Of a stretch of 64,000 nucleotides of DNA, positions 41,774 to 53,494 are shown one piece after another. The stretch comes from Octopus sinensis (Eukaryota). The notes below the pieces were generated by a model. That model was not told where the DNA came from. It worked only from the letters and a program-made list of their open reading frames with translations, and made no database searches. The DNA lies in the NCBI RefSeq assembly GCF_006345805.1, contig NC_042998.1:63116001-63180000 (forward strand). The letters are read 5' to 3'. How positions within the stretch are numbered: the first letter of the stretch is position 1; each line of letters opens with the position of its first letter. The translations under genes and the position numbers were made by a program.

Positions 41774-42456
41774 CCATCTGCGGCAGCAGAAACAGCGTCG
41801 TTATCGTCACCGTCATCCTTGTCGGTGTGACCACAACCAACACCACCACCATCATCAATTTCAACTACAAAATACATATCAAGTAACAAGGAATAATTTG
41901 TACGTAATTCACTGCAATTATAAATACCTAGTATTTTTTACGAATATTTAACACGCATTTCTACAAGATATCAAAAGAAAAAAAAAAAATGAAAGAAAAC
42001 TATTCGTATTCCGTATTTGATCCTCTAAAATTTGAACGAATTATTCAAATGGAAAACACAATTGTATTGATAACCTAGTTTTAATACGTAAGGTCTCTTG
42101 TCAACTATGAATATTTAATCTTCACCGTTTTTATCTCTGTCTGATGCATGTTTCTCAAAGTTTGTATTCTTTTACTTTTGATGTATACATGCATAAACAC
42201 AATTATTGATTACATAATGAAAAATATAATCTAGTCTCATCCTGTCCTGTTCATCTTGGCGGCAGATATAATCAGCTTTGCGCATTTTCCAAAAGACGAA
42301 TTCACATTGTCTTTTCATGCGAAGTATGTAAATAAAAGTGTTAATGGTTGCTTAAAAATCATCCACTAATGGTTTGCATTTTCTTAAGTAGTTCTCTATA
42401 GAGTACATACGTATGTGAAGTTATACACAAACGCACACACACACTCTCAAACATAA

Positions 42457-42494
<38 letters not shown>

Positions 42495-42502
<8 letters not shown>

Positions 42503-43136
42503 AAGAAGGGTAGTATATTATTACTACCAGGTGCCCAGCACAAAAGACGAATTAGTCATAAGACAAAATTATTATTCATATAGAAAAATATTATTCATGT
42601 AGTTATACAATTAAGGGCTCCTAAATTAAGATGCCGAGTGCTGGTTCCCAGCACTCGGCATCTTAATTTAGGAGCCCTTAATTGTATAACTACATGAATA
42701 ATATTTTTCTATATGAATAATAATTTTGTCTTATGACTAATTCGTCTTTTGTGCTGGGCACCTGGTAGTAAATAATATTACTACCCTTCTTGTTTATATT
42801 CGCATATTACATGATGGATTTATTCGTAAAATTCTTCCCGGCATGCCCGATACTGCCGTGTAAGGTTTTGCGTCTGTGCAGAGATTTGAAAAGTTAAGAT
42901 CTGCTAGTAGTCGGGTTCAACACATGGTCCCACATCGCTGCAGACCTCGATTAAATTTAGGCGACTCGCTGATGAAGCTAGCCTTAGCAAACACATTCTG
43001 TGTTTTGCTAGAAAGAAGCAGAAACCGCGGTTCGAGTTGTAAAAGTTATCGGTAAAAGTTTTTGATTTTCACTCTCGATAAATTCCCCTTTTTGTGTTCC
43101 CAGCACTCGGCATCTTAATTTAGGAGCCCTTAATTG

Positions 43137-43137
<1 letters not shown>
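42495..43137 (+). mobile_element. Fold-back element with a 452-nt terminally redundant monomer and hammerhead ribozyme (retrozyme/pLTR-like)
   Basis: 42495-42644 is the reverse complement of 42648-42798 (3-nt loop, two 1-nt indels). 42-nt exact direct repeat at 42644-42685 and 43096-43137. Hammerhead at 42962-43039. (TA)n on both sides. Confidence 0.82.
42962..43039 (+). ncRNA. Type I hammerhead ribozyme (long stem II, A.A at base of stem II, GUU site)
   Basis: Stem I CGACTCG(42962-42968)/CGAGTTG(43033-43039); CTGATGA 42969-42975; stem II GCT/AGC with inner TAGCAAACAC/GTGTTTTGCTA; GAAA 43021-43024; perfect palindromic stem III ACCGCGGT; N17 is T43032. Confidence 0.75.
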
Positions 43138-43200
<63 letters not shown>

Positions 43201-43202
<2 letters not shown>

Positions 43203-43420
43203 TCTTTACTCTATTTTACTCTTTTACTAGTTTCAGTCATTTGACTGCGGCCATGCTGGAGCACCGCCTTAATCGAGCAACTCGACCCCGGGACTTATTC
43301 TTTTGTAAGCCCAGTACTTATTCTATCGGTCTCTTTTGCCGAACCGCTAAGTAACGGGGACATGAACACACCAGCATTGGTTGTCAAGCAATGCTAAGGG
43401 GGCAAACACAAACACACACA

Positions 43421-43467
<47 letters not shown>

Positions 43468-43646
43468 TATATACACATATATACGACGGGCTTCTTTCAG
43501 TTTCCGTCTACCAAATCCACTCACACGGCTTTGGTCGGCCCGAGGCTATAGTAGAAGACACTTGCCCAAGGTGCCACGCAGTGGGATTGAACCCGGAACC
43601 ATGTGGTTTGTAAACAAGCTACTTACCACACAGCCACTCCTGCGCC
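43201..43646 (-). mobile_element. SINE-A, full length and young, with internal microsatellite
   Basis: Minus strand: ggcgcaggagtggctgtgtggtaagtagcttg...gggttcaatcccactgcgtggcaccttgggcaagtgtcttc...(TA)n...ggcggtgctccagcatggccgcagtcaaatgactgaaac plus a gagtaaaa-type tandem tail. Confidence 0.92.
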
Positions 43647-43649
43647 TAT

Positions 43650-43731
<82 letters not shown>

Positions 43732-43885
43732 CTTATAAAAGTTCGCATATGTATCTATATATATGTATATATATGATATATATATATATATATATATATA
43801 TAGGTATGTATATATATATGTATATGCATGTATACATGTATATACGTAAATACTTTAATATATACATGCATACACACATACATAT

Positions 43886-43941
<56 letters not shown>

Positions 43942-44878
43942 TCTCTGATCGCCATCGTCGTCATATATCTATTCACACACACACACACACACACCACACA
44001 CACACATTCTTTATAATATTCAATACTTGTGTTTGATGTTTGATTAAGTATGCAATTTAAAATGCATAGTTTCTTGTTTCCTTATGATATAACCTTAAAG
44101 TTATTGGAAAATTCTGAAAGTGGATTGCAAGAAGAGAGCAGGGCAGCCAACATTCTACGACGGGACGACGATGCCTGACGCTATTGTAGGTTTCCGCCTG
44201 CTCTCGATGAGAATATCTTTTGCAGACTAAAATATGCAGCTATCTGGTAATATTTTGTTTCCTTTTGAAACAAATTCTAAGTCCTAAAATTTAGGATATT
44301 CCTGGAGTGGTGTCCTAAAATTGGCATGATCTTTGAGCTAGTCTTACTTCTGTATTTATTACTTGGTACACCTTGGGGTCCCGTTGGTCAGGCTGAGAGG
44401 TTGAATCTGACGACTACATGAACAAGGATCTCTATTAGCCAGCCAGAAGCATACGCCTTGGAGCAGTCATTTCAATATCACTGCGAAAGACAAGAACAAA
44501 AACGAGATGTAGTAGACGAATGGCTATAAAGTCTAAAATGGCGTTGCAGCATGAATACTGACTGACCAGTCGAAGAAAGTCCATTGTCGTTCGGGAGAGA
44601 CAGATACTGAACACATGTTCCAAACGAAAATTTTTCAATTATCTAAAACCGAGCACGGGATTAAGAATAGAGGCACGTGTCTCCGCTAGACGTTTCCACA
44701 CACTTTCGCTCTGCCAAAGCTTTTTTCACAGAAAATACTTGCATAAATGAAACGAAGAAGGATTGAACTCGAAATTGTGTAGGCGGTAAGCAAGTTTCTT
44801 AACCCTTCGGCCATGCATTATAGAAAAGACAAAGGAAAACTCTGTGAAAGTAACAAAAATATTTCAAAGATATAAACA

Positions 44879-45165
44879 GGCGTAGGAGTGGCTGTGTGGT
44901 AAGTAGCTTGCTTACCAACCACATGTTTCCGAGTTCAGTCCCAGTGCGTCGCATCTTGGGAAAATGTCTTCTAATGTCCGAAATTTGAGTGGCTCTGTGG
45001 TAACTTGCTTGCCTACCAGCCACATGGTTCCGGGTTCAATCCCACTGCGTGAGATCTTGGGCGTTTGTCTTCTACTAGATCCTCGAACCGACCAGAGCCT
45101 TGTAAGTTGATTTGGTAGATGAAAACTGAAAGAAGCCTTCGTATACACACACACACACACACACA

Positions 45166-45199
<34 letters not shown>

Positions 45200-45400
45200 G
45201 TTTGTGAATCTGTCTTTGCCCCCACCCCGCATCACTTAACCACCTATATTGGTGTGTTTACGGACTTAGCGGTTCGGGAAAACTGACCAATAGAATAAGT
45301 ACTATACTTATAAAGACTAAGACCTGGGGGCGATTTGTTCGACTAAAGGCGATGCTCTAGCATGGCCGCAGTCAAATGACTGAAACAAATTAAAGAATAA
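44879..45400 (+). mobile_element. SINE-A with duplicated head
   Basis: Two consecutive heads (about 44879 and 44988) followed by core, (CA)n/(TA)n and tail. Confidence 0.88.
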
Positions 45401-45429
45401 ATAGACATACACAAAATTCGGTACGCTTA

Positions 45430-45808
45430 TCTCTCTCTATATAAACGGGCAGTTTGTCTGTGCGTGTTTCGGTGTCTTTTGCTTGTACCCTCACCCTGAC
45501 CACGGCTTTCAACCGATTCTGATGAAACTTGACACACACTAGCCCAATGTCATAATTCAAAACTAACGCAGCGAAAATTTTGAAAAGTTCCCCCCAGTTC
45601 TGAAAAAAATCGATAATTCGACATGGGGTCGAGAATCAGGAATACGAACCACAACTTTCTAGGGACGCAACTCTACATTTTTTAAATCTCAAACCAAATT
45701 TACCATCATTTTTTTCCCATTTTTTGCTATTTTTTGGCTATAACTCTCTAAAAATGCTTTATAGTTATTTCCCTTACAAACCTGAGCAACGCCGGGCGAT
45801 ACTGCTAG
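45430..45808 (+). mobile_element. Non-autonomous Helitron-like element
   Basis: A|TCTCTCTCTATATAAA 5' end; 3' end cctgagcaacgccgggcgatactgCTAG|T, nearly identical to the 3' end of 52596-52983. Confidence 0.75.
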
Positions 45809-46109
45809 TTTGTTTATAAGTTGCAGCGCCGATTCACTTTACGCACCGTATCCTTTTTCTGTTTGCCTACATGTCATACCGTATGTCTTTCTTTCTATCA
45901 TTTGCTTTACATTCACGTGGTCATTATAGTGTTTTGGTTCTCCGTGTCTACGTAACAAATACTTGTACCAATTAGGTTAAATTTTACAGTAGCAATGATA
46001 CCAATTCCTACATTCGATTGGCAGCTAATCACAGCAATCTCCGGAAGCTTACCGATCTCGTAAGTAACAGCGAAGCGATATATTGTATGATTATTAATCC
46101 TTTAATCTC

Positions 46110-46336
46110 TTAATTGTTTCAGTCATTGGAGTGCAGCCATGCAGGAGCACCTGTCACGAAGGCTTTTGTCAAAACCAGTCAAAATCAGAACCTATTATTT
46201 TGATTTTTGTAAGGCCTGGTGCTTATGCTATCGACTCCTTTTGTCAAACCGCTAGCTTAAACATCCCATAACCGGTTGTCAAGCGGCGGTGGGGGACAAA
46301 CACAAGCCAAAAAAAAACCATACGCAAACATACCCT

Positions 46337-46383
<47 letters not shown>

Positions 46384-46530
46384 CACACACACACACGCGC
46401 ACACAGACACAACACAAGACTGACTTCTTTCAATTTTCGTCTACCAAGTGAACACACAAGACTTTGGCTGGCCCGAGACTATTGTAGGAGACACTATCCA
46501 ACTTGTCACGCATTGAAACAAAGCTATGAA
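46110..46530 (-). mobile_element. Older SINE-A copy
   Basis: Tail tttcagtcattggagtgcagccatg, then (CA)n, then core ctaccaag...gaagacact. Confidence 0.75.
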
Positions 46531-47565
46531 CTATGTGGCATGGATCTCTCTCCCCCACTCTCTCTCTTTCTATCTCTCACTACCAAATTTATTTTCAAGG
46601 CATTGGTTGGTCGGGACTATACTAGAAAACTCTTCCCCAGGATACCGTACAGTGAGATGGAACCTGGAAAAACTAACTGCGTTGCGAGCTTCTTCGCCAC
46701 AAGGCCACGCACGGAATTTTTAGCTCAAAATATATTTTGAAGTTCTATGTTGGTGCATAAAATGACACAAACACACACATAGACACACACATACACAGAC
46801 ACGTAATAAAAATATATGCCATGCATTTCGGCCAGATTGCTCAAATTGCTGAAATTAGCAGCGAGAACTTTCTCAAACAGCATTCTGCTTTCTGAGATTA
46901 ATGTAGAATGTATTGGACAAAGTGAACGAGATATTCAAGGCTAGAACTAGAACTCGTTTAGTCAGTGTTTTGATTGGTCAAGTCAGAGAAAAGAGTGAAA
47001 GCACAACAACCACAACAACAGTAATGAAACAGGAAATTAAACAGCAAAAAGTCAAACAAGAACAACAACAAAAGACGACCACAAAACAACAACACCAACA
47101 GCAGCAAGGAACGCCTGTTATTTTCTTGTTGTAACTTTTAATAACTCTGCAATACAATTTACGCTAGCATTAAATATGGAATATGTGGCCCGCAAGGGAA
47201 ACAACTTAAAGATGACGTCCTCTAAATTATTCAACGCACACTTTTTCCAAGTTGCAGCACATTTCTCATACAGACGCTGCTCGTAAATATATTCTATCTG
47301 AAACCATTTGTTGCGACTTAGATGCCTTTTCTACCTATGTCTATATTATGTAAAGAATACTGCTTTCAACATCTGAAATAAATTATCTGCACTCAGCAAC
47401 ATATAGCTTTCTGTTCATCAGAACAATAATGCATCGAATTGATTAGCAGTGTTGTAGACTTGGCTGAGTTCTCCTTCCTAACTAGATGGTTCCGAGTTTG
47501 ATCTCACTGTGCGGAGCCAGAAAGTCAGACATTCTGTTTTTTAATCATAGCAGTCTCAGAATGAT

Positions 47566-47904
47566 ACTCTTTTACTCTCTTTTACTTGTTTCAGTCATTT
47601 GACTGTGGCCATGCTGGAGCATCTGATTTAGTCGAGCAAATTGACCCCAGGCCGTATTCTTTGTAAGCTTAGTATTTATTCTATCGGTCCGTTTTGCCGA
47701 ACCGCTAAGTTACGGGGACGTAAACACACCAGCATCTGTTGCCAAGCGATGTTGCTGGGGACAAACACAGAAACACAAACATATACATACATAGATACAT
47801 GGGCGGGGTGGCGTCATTCGAAGGCTAAAACAATGCGAACGCATTGTGACCAGCGATGTGTAACAACATCTGTTGGTCTGGTCGGTCATGTGATCACGTG
47901 ATAT

Positions 47905-47952
<48 letters not shown>

Positions 47953-48130
47953 TATATATACATATATACGACGGGCTTCTTACAGCTTCTGTCTACCAAA
48001 TCCACTTACAAGGTTTTGGGCGGCCCGAGGCTATAGTAGAAGACACTTCCCCAAGATCCACGCCATGGGACTGAACCCGAAACCATGTGGTTGGTAAGCA
48101 GGCTACTTACCACACAGCCACTCCTACACC
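47566..48130 (-). mobile_element. SINE-A with an unrelated ~100-nt insert in its microsatellite
   Basis: Tail 47566-47790, insert about 47800-47902, (TA)n, core and head to 48130. Confidence 0.85.
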
Positions 48131-49435
48131 TGATGATAAATATTATTGTAAGTGAAAACAGAAAGCCTCAAGAGACGAGCGGAAACAAATCAAGATTAAT
48201 GTTACAGCTGTACTTATGATCATAATCATCAACAGCTACTCGTTATTGTCACCATCATCGTCGTCGCTGTGGTGGTTGCCGTTGTCGTCGTCATCATTAT
48301 TGCTCTCATCATCATCATCGTCCTTCTCCACTTTCATCAAACAAAGTATGTGTGTATGTGTGTACTGGGGACGATTCGTCCGACTAAAAACTCTTCAAAG
48401 CGGTGCTCCAGCAGAGCCGCAATTTAATGATTGAAACAAGTGAACGATAAGAGACAGGAGGCAAAAACATTTTAAAATTTAAGTGAACGTTTATTCAGCA
48501 TCTCGCAGAATACATATTTAATATAGCTTTAGAAGGAACGGAGGCTGTGGGTGTCTGAAAGGGAAAAGAACCGTAACTCATTAAGGTAATTCAGTTTAAC
48601 TAAAAAAAACAATTATTGCCAAAGTTATACTGAAACTAAAGCTTTGATATTTATACCACGCTTGAAACAGATGTTAGAATACAGCATTGTTACCTCTGCG
48701 TTCGCTAAGGCGGATGTATTGTTTTCAGCCGTGTTTGCTACATTGATCATTTGTTTGTTTGTCCGTGGACAAGATATCTCAAGGACAGCTGGGTTTTTTT
48801 CAGGGATGCTTGGCCTCATGACAGGCATGAAGTGATTAGATTTTGGGATCGATCCGGTACCCGAAAATGATTAAGGATTACTTTTCCCGTTCTTTTTTTT
48901 TTACTTAAATTTTGAGAGCGGTCGGGTTCATTTTTAGTATTCTCGTTTGTGAGAGCAGTCGAGATTATTTCAGATATTCTCTTTTTAAAAAATCATGTCT
49001 GGCTAATCGTTGAGAGGACGTTAGAGTTGCCTTGGCGGAGGTTTGCGCTCTCTGAGTGCTCTTGTCTAGTATGTGGTGACCTCTCTTTTAAACTTTGGGC
49101 GCATAAAAGCACTCGTGTTTATATCGATGGCGGGTGATGTAAACATGAATGTTCTTATGCACGAAAAGTCCATATGAGAGGACATCACATAGTAAATAAC
49201 ACAGCATTCTGTGTTCTAACCCAACCTCCCCTCTAATTGGGAGATCAGTACTATTTTTGGTATTAATACCTTCTTTATATTGCTATTGTTCTTCTTTTCT
49301 TTTCTTTTTATTTGTTACAGTCATTTCACTGTGGCCATGCTGAAGTACCGCCTTTAGTCGAACAAATCTTCACCAGAACCTATTCTTTGTAAGCCTATAT
49401 TTCACACAGAAAAGAGACTACACGTGGTATAAATA

Positions 49436-50060
49436 TGGGAAAAGTAAAAAGAGAAATGAGAAAATGCACATTGGATATAAAAAGTAACAATATATATATA
49501 TAAATAGATCAACTGAGGTAGAATTAAGAGATACAAAAGTCATTATTTTGAATTGTTAAAGAGATTTAAAGTCATACCGGTATCTTCAAAAGCTGTTCAC
49601 TGGCTTTCAATTAGCGCCGATTTCCAAACGGTGTCGGGTCTTCTTCTGACGATACCTATTTCTTTATTGCCCACAAGGGGGGGGGGGCTAAACACAGAGG
49701 GGACAAACAAGGACAGACATAGGTATTAAGTCGATTACATCGACCCCAGTACGTAACTGGTACTTAATTTATCGACCCCGAAAGGATGAAAGGCAAAGTC
49801 GACCTCAGCGGAATTTGAACTCACAACGTAACACAGACGAAATACCGCAAAGCATTTCGCCTGGCGTGCTAACGTTTCTGCCAGCTCGCCGCCCTTTGAC
49901 GATACCGGTATGACTTTGAATCTCTTTAACAATTCAAAATAATGACTTTTATACCTCTTAATTCTACCTCAGTTCATCAATTTGTATATATTTATAGTTA
50001 TCTCTCATAAAATGCCTTTATTTCTTATATCCAATATACATTTTCTCTTTTTTACTCCCC
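49436..50060. repeat. Fold-back element (arms about 49436-49585 and 49898-50060) with a SINE-B in its spacer
   Basis: agtcattattttgaattgttaaagagatttaaagtcataccggtatc pairs with gataccggtatgactttgaatctctttaacaattcaaaataatgact. Confidence 0.75.
49657..49893 (-). mobile_element. Full-length young SINE-B
   Basis: Near-identical to 12813-13043. TGACGATACC is duplicated at 49647-49656 and 49897-49906. Confidence 0.92.
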
Positions 50061-51063
50061 CACCATATATATATATATATATACGACGAGCTTCCTTCAG
50101 TTTCCGTCTCCAAATCAACTCACAAGGCTTTGGTTGGCCCGAACCTATATTAAAAGACGCTTGACGAAGTTGACACGCAGTGGGACTGAATCAAGAACCA
50201 TGTGGTTAGGAAGCAAGCTTCTTACCACATACCCACCCCGGCACCTGTTACTGCATCATCACTATGAACATAATCGTTATCAACAGCAATTCATTAATGT
50301 CATCATTCTCATCGTCTTTCTGATGGTGGTGGTGGTCGTGGGGGTCGTCGTCAGTTTCGTTGTTATCATCATTGTCATTGTCAAGGTCGTGTTCTCCGTG
50401 TTTGACATTATCATCGGTCTAATCATTGTCGTCTGTGTCTAGAGCATGGTCAACTTCGTCTATGTTGTCTTTGTTCCGGCCGTCTTCATCGTCATCATCG
50501 TGTCATCCTTTGCCGCCGTCGTCTAATCCTTTGTCATCATCATCATCATCATCATCTTCATCATCATCATTTTCATCGTTATCCTCGTCGTCGTCTTTAT
50601 CATCGTCATCACCACCAGTAAACCTCTAGTACTCGTCCCCGTTCTCCTCCCGCTCCTCCTCCTCCTCGTTCTCCTCGTTCTCTACCTCCTCCCGCTCTCC
50701 GACTCATCGTCATTAATACTTTACACTTTTCCTCCCTTCTCTCAGGATCTCTCACGATACCTCGCCCCTAATTCACTAAATCCACCCCTCCTTTGTTAAC
50801 ATCTAACTATTGACTTAAACCACACATATACAAAAGAAACACTGAACCCTTTCATATAATGCACGACTAACATTCCTTTGTAACCAATACCTCAGCTCTT
50901 TACACAGTCATTAATATAAGACCTTCAAATCGTTAATCATGTAAAAATTCCATCCGGTTACAAAGAAAATTGAACCAGTTGCGTTGGTTTCTTTCCTCAC
51001 AGATTCAGTTTTGTTCGTAGCATTTACCTTCTCACATACTTCAGTAAATGCAGACGAAGTTTA

Positions 51064-51295
51064 CAGTAATCTCTCGACTATCGCGGGTGTTACGTTCTAA
51101 AAGCCCTCGCGATAGGTGAAAATCTGTGAACAAGAAACAGTAATTTGTATTTGTTTTCACTATTTCTATAATTTGTATTTATTTATTCTAGCATAAATGC
51201 AAATCAACACTACAGGAAAATCGACAAAAGCTTAAATAATAAAACGCGATTGGGGAACTGCGAAAGGTAAACCGCGATATAGCGAGGTATTACTG
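51064..51295. mobile_element. Tc1/mariner-type MITE
   Basis: TA|CAGTAATCTCTCGACTATCGCGG ... CCGCGATATAGCGAGGTATTACTG|TA: imperfect TIRs with TA duplication. Confidence 0.8.
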
Positions 51296-51707
51296 TACAT
51301 CGAAAAAGGTGTGATATCAGATTTGGATTCTAGTAGTTAACATTCATCATTGAAATTATTTCCAGCATGTTTTTTTGAGCGGATATTTAAAGATAGAATG
51401 CACTAATTGAATTACCTGTCACATATAGAATATTTATTGACAGTTGTACTTTAAATAGTGCCATCGATTGGCCTATAGAATTTGCTTGATTTCAGTTCTA
51501 GAAAACATTCTTGATCATTCGATAAGGTTGTGACGTCAGCGTGCACATGCACTATTAAAGTATTACCCACTATTTAAAAGTATGTCGTATTTCGTTTGTC
51601 ATACTTTAAAACCGTCGCATAAATACTTGCATATGAACACACCCACACATACCTATATCTATATCCATATCTATATCTATATATATCTATATATCTATAT
51701 ATCTATA

Positions 51708-51784
<77 letters not shown>

Positions 51785-51861
51785 TATATATATATCTAAT
51801 GATAAAAGGCAGATTTTCTCTGCCTGCTCCAATGTTCCTTTTTAATACAATTCTACAATAT

Positions 51862-52326
51862 AGAATTTCTTCAATTAGAATTTACCTATGATTTTTCCAA
51901 GTAGATTCGATTGGGTCATGGCATATAGAGCTTTTTCAATAACACCCCCAATTAAGCAAAAATTCGAGAAAAGCAAATATTTTACGATTTGCCTCTCTAA
52001 TTTCAACTGCTTCACTCCTGCTATTACCATCCTGTCTCCTACTTTCTCTTTGCAAGTGTACCTTAAACCACTACTCAAAAAAAAAAAATACAGAGCAAAC
52101 AGAAACAAATAAATACATAAAGATTTACTCCTCACACAATTTCTTCAATTGGAATTTACCTATGATTTTTCGAAGTACATTCCACTCGGTCATGGCATAT
52201 AAATTTCTTTCAATTTGACCCCCAATTAAGCAAAAATTTGAAAAAACTCAATATTTTACGATTTCCCCCTCTCATTTCAAAGGCTTTACTCCGCCTATTA
52301 CCACACTTTCTCCCACTTTCTCTTTA
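51862..52326. repeat. Two diverged tandem copies of a ~200-bp unit (period about 276 bp)
   Basis: aatttcttcaatt(a/g)gaatttacctatgattttt...cccccaattaagcaaaaatt...attttacgattt occurs at about 51862 and 52138. Confidence 0.8.
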
Positions 52327-52595
52327 CACACATAGATACGCAAACATATACATATATGACAGCGTCAATTGTTGAAAGAAAATTGTAAGCTAAGAAGGTG
52401 TGAGTGTGTGTGTGTGCGTGCGTGTGTGTGTGTGAGTGTCTGTGTGTGTGAGTGTGTGTGTGTGTGTGTTTGTGTAGGAAGTGAAGGATAAAAATATGGC
52501 AAGAAGTAGACAGATGTACATATATACATACATACATCCATACATACATAGATGTGTGTGTGTGTGTATGTATGTGTATTAATATGTGTGTGTTA

Positions 52596-52983
52596 TCTCG
52601 CTCTATATAAAGCTGAAGTTGTCTGTGTGCGCCAGGTTTGGTAGCCTTCAACTAACACTATCTCCTCCAAGACCCTGCGGCACAAGTTGACGAAAATTGA
52701 GAGTATGATAGAAGGGTTGCTCTTCCTTCCGTAGAAGATAAAATTCAAATCGGACCATGTTAACACCAAAAATTATTTACATCAAAAAGGTGCCTATTTC
52801 TATGAAAATCCCTATTTTTTACGATTTTATCACTGCTGTGTCGCCACTTTTCGGTGTATTTCAACCAGAAAAATGTTCACTTGAAGAGAATAACAAGCTA
52901 CATAATGCAAAAGTTTTACTTTTCAAAAATTTCAATTCCAGCGGGTCGAAACAAACCCGAGCAACGCCGGGCGATACTGCTAG
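52596..52983 (+). mobile_element. Non-autonomous Helitron-like element
   Basis: A|TCTCGCTCTATATAAA 5' end; 3' hairpin cccgagcaacgccggg plus CTAG|T. Confidence 0.75.
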
Positions 52984-53031
52984 TATTCATATATGTATGT
53001 ATGTATATGTATAAGTATATCATGTCTATTG

Positions 53032-53070
<39 letters not shown>

Positions 53071-53399
53071 ATGTATGTGGAGGCCCTGTGGTTGGGGCAG
53101 TGAACTCGCGGTCGTAGGATGTCCGTTTCCTTGGTTTTGTTTTTATGTTTTCGTTTCTCACTGTGTTCGACGCTTTTTTGGTGTCCTGTACCCATATATG
53201 CATGGATATATACATATAGATCTAGGTACGTACATATATATATGTATATATGCATATGTTTTATTTATTATTTTGTTGTTATATGATGGAACGCCACGCA
53301 TCTACTTCCAAGTAAGTTATATATATATATATATATATATACATATACACATACATATATCTATATAATACACACACAAGCATATATATATATATATTA

Positions 53400-53494
<95 letters not shown>

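Noticed and set aside
50240-50720. GC-richer stretch with Ser/Ile/Val-rich ORFs
   Set aside because: Cryptic trinucleotide simple sequence (cat/cgt/ctc); similar tracts occur at 16400-16960, 41720-41870 and 48220-48330.
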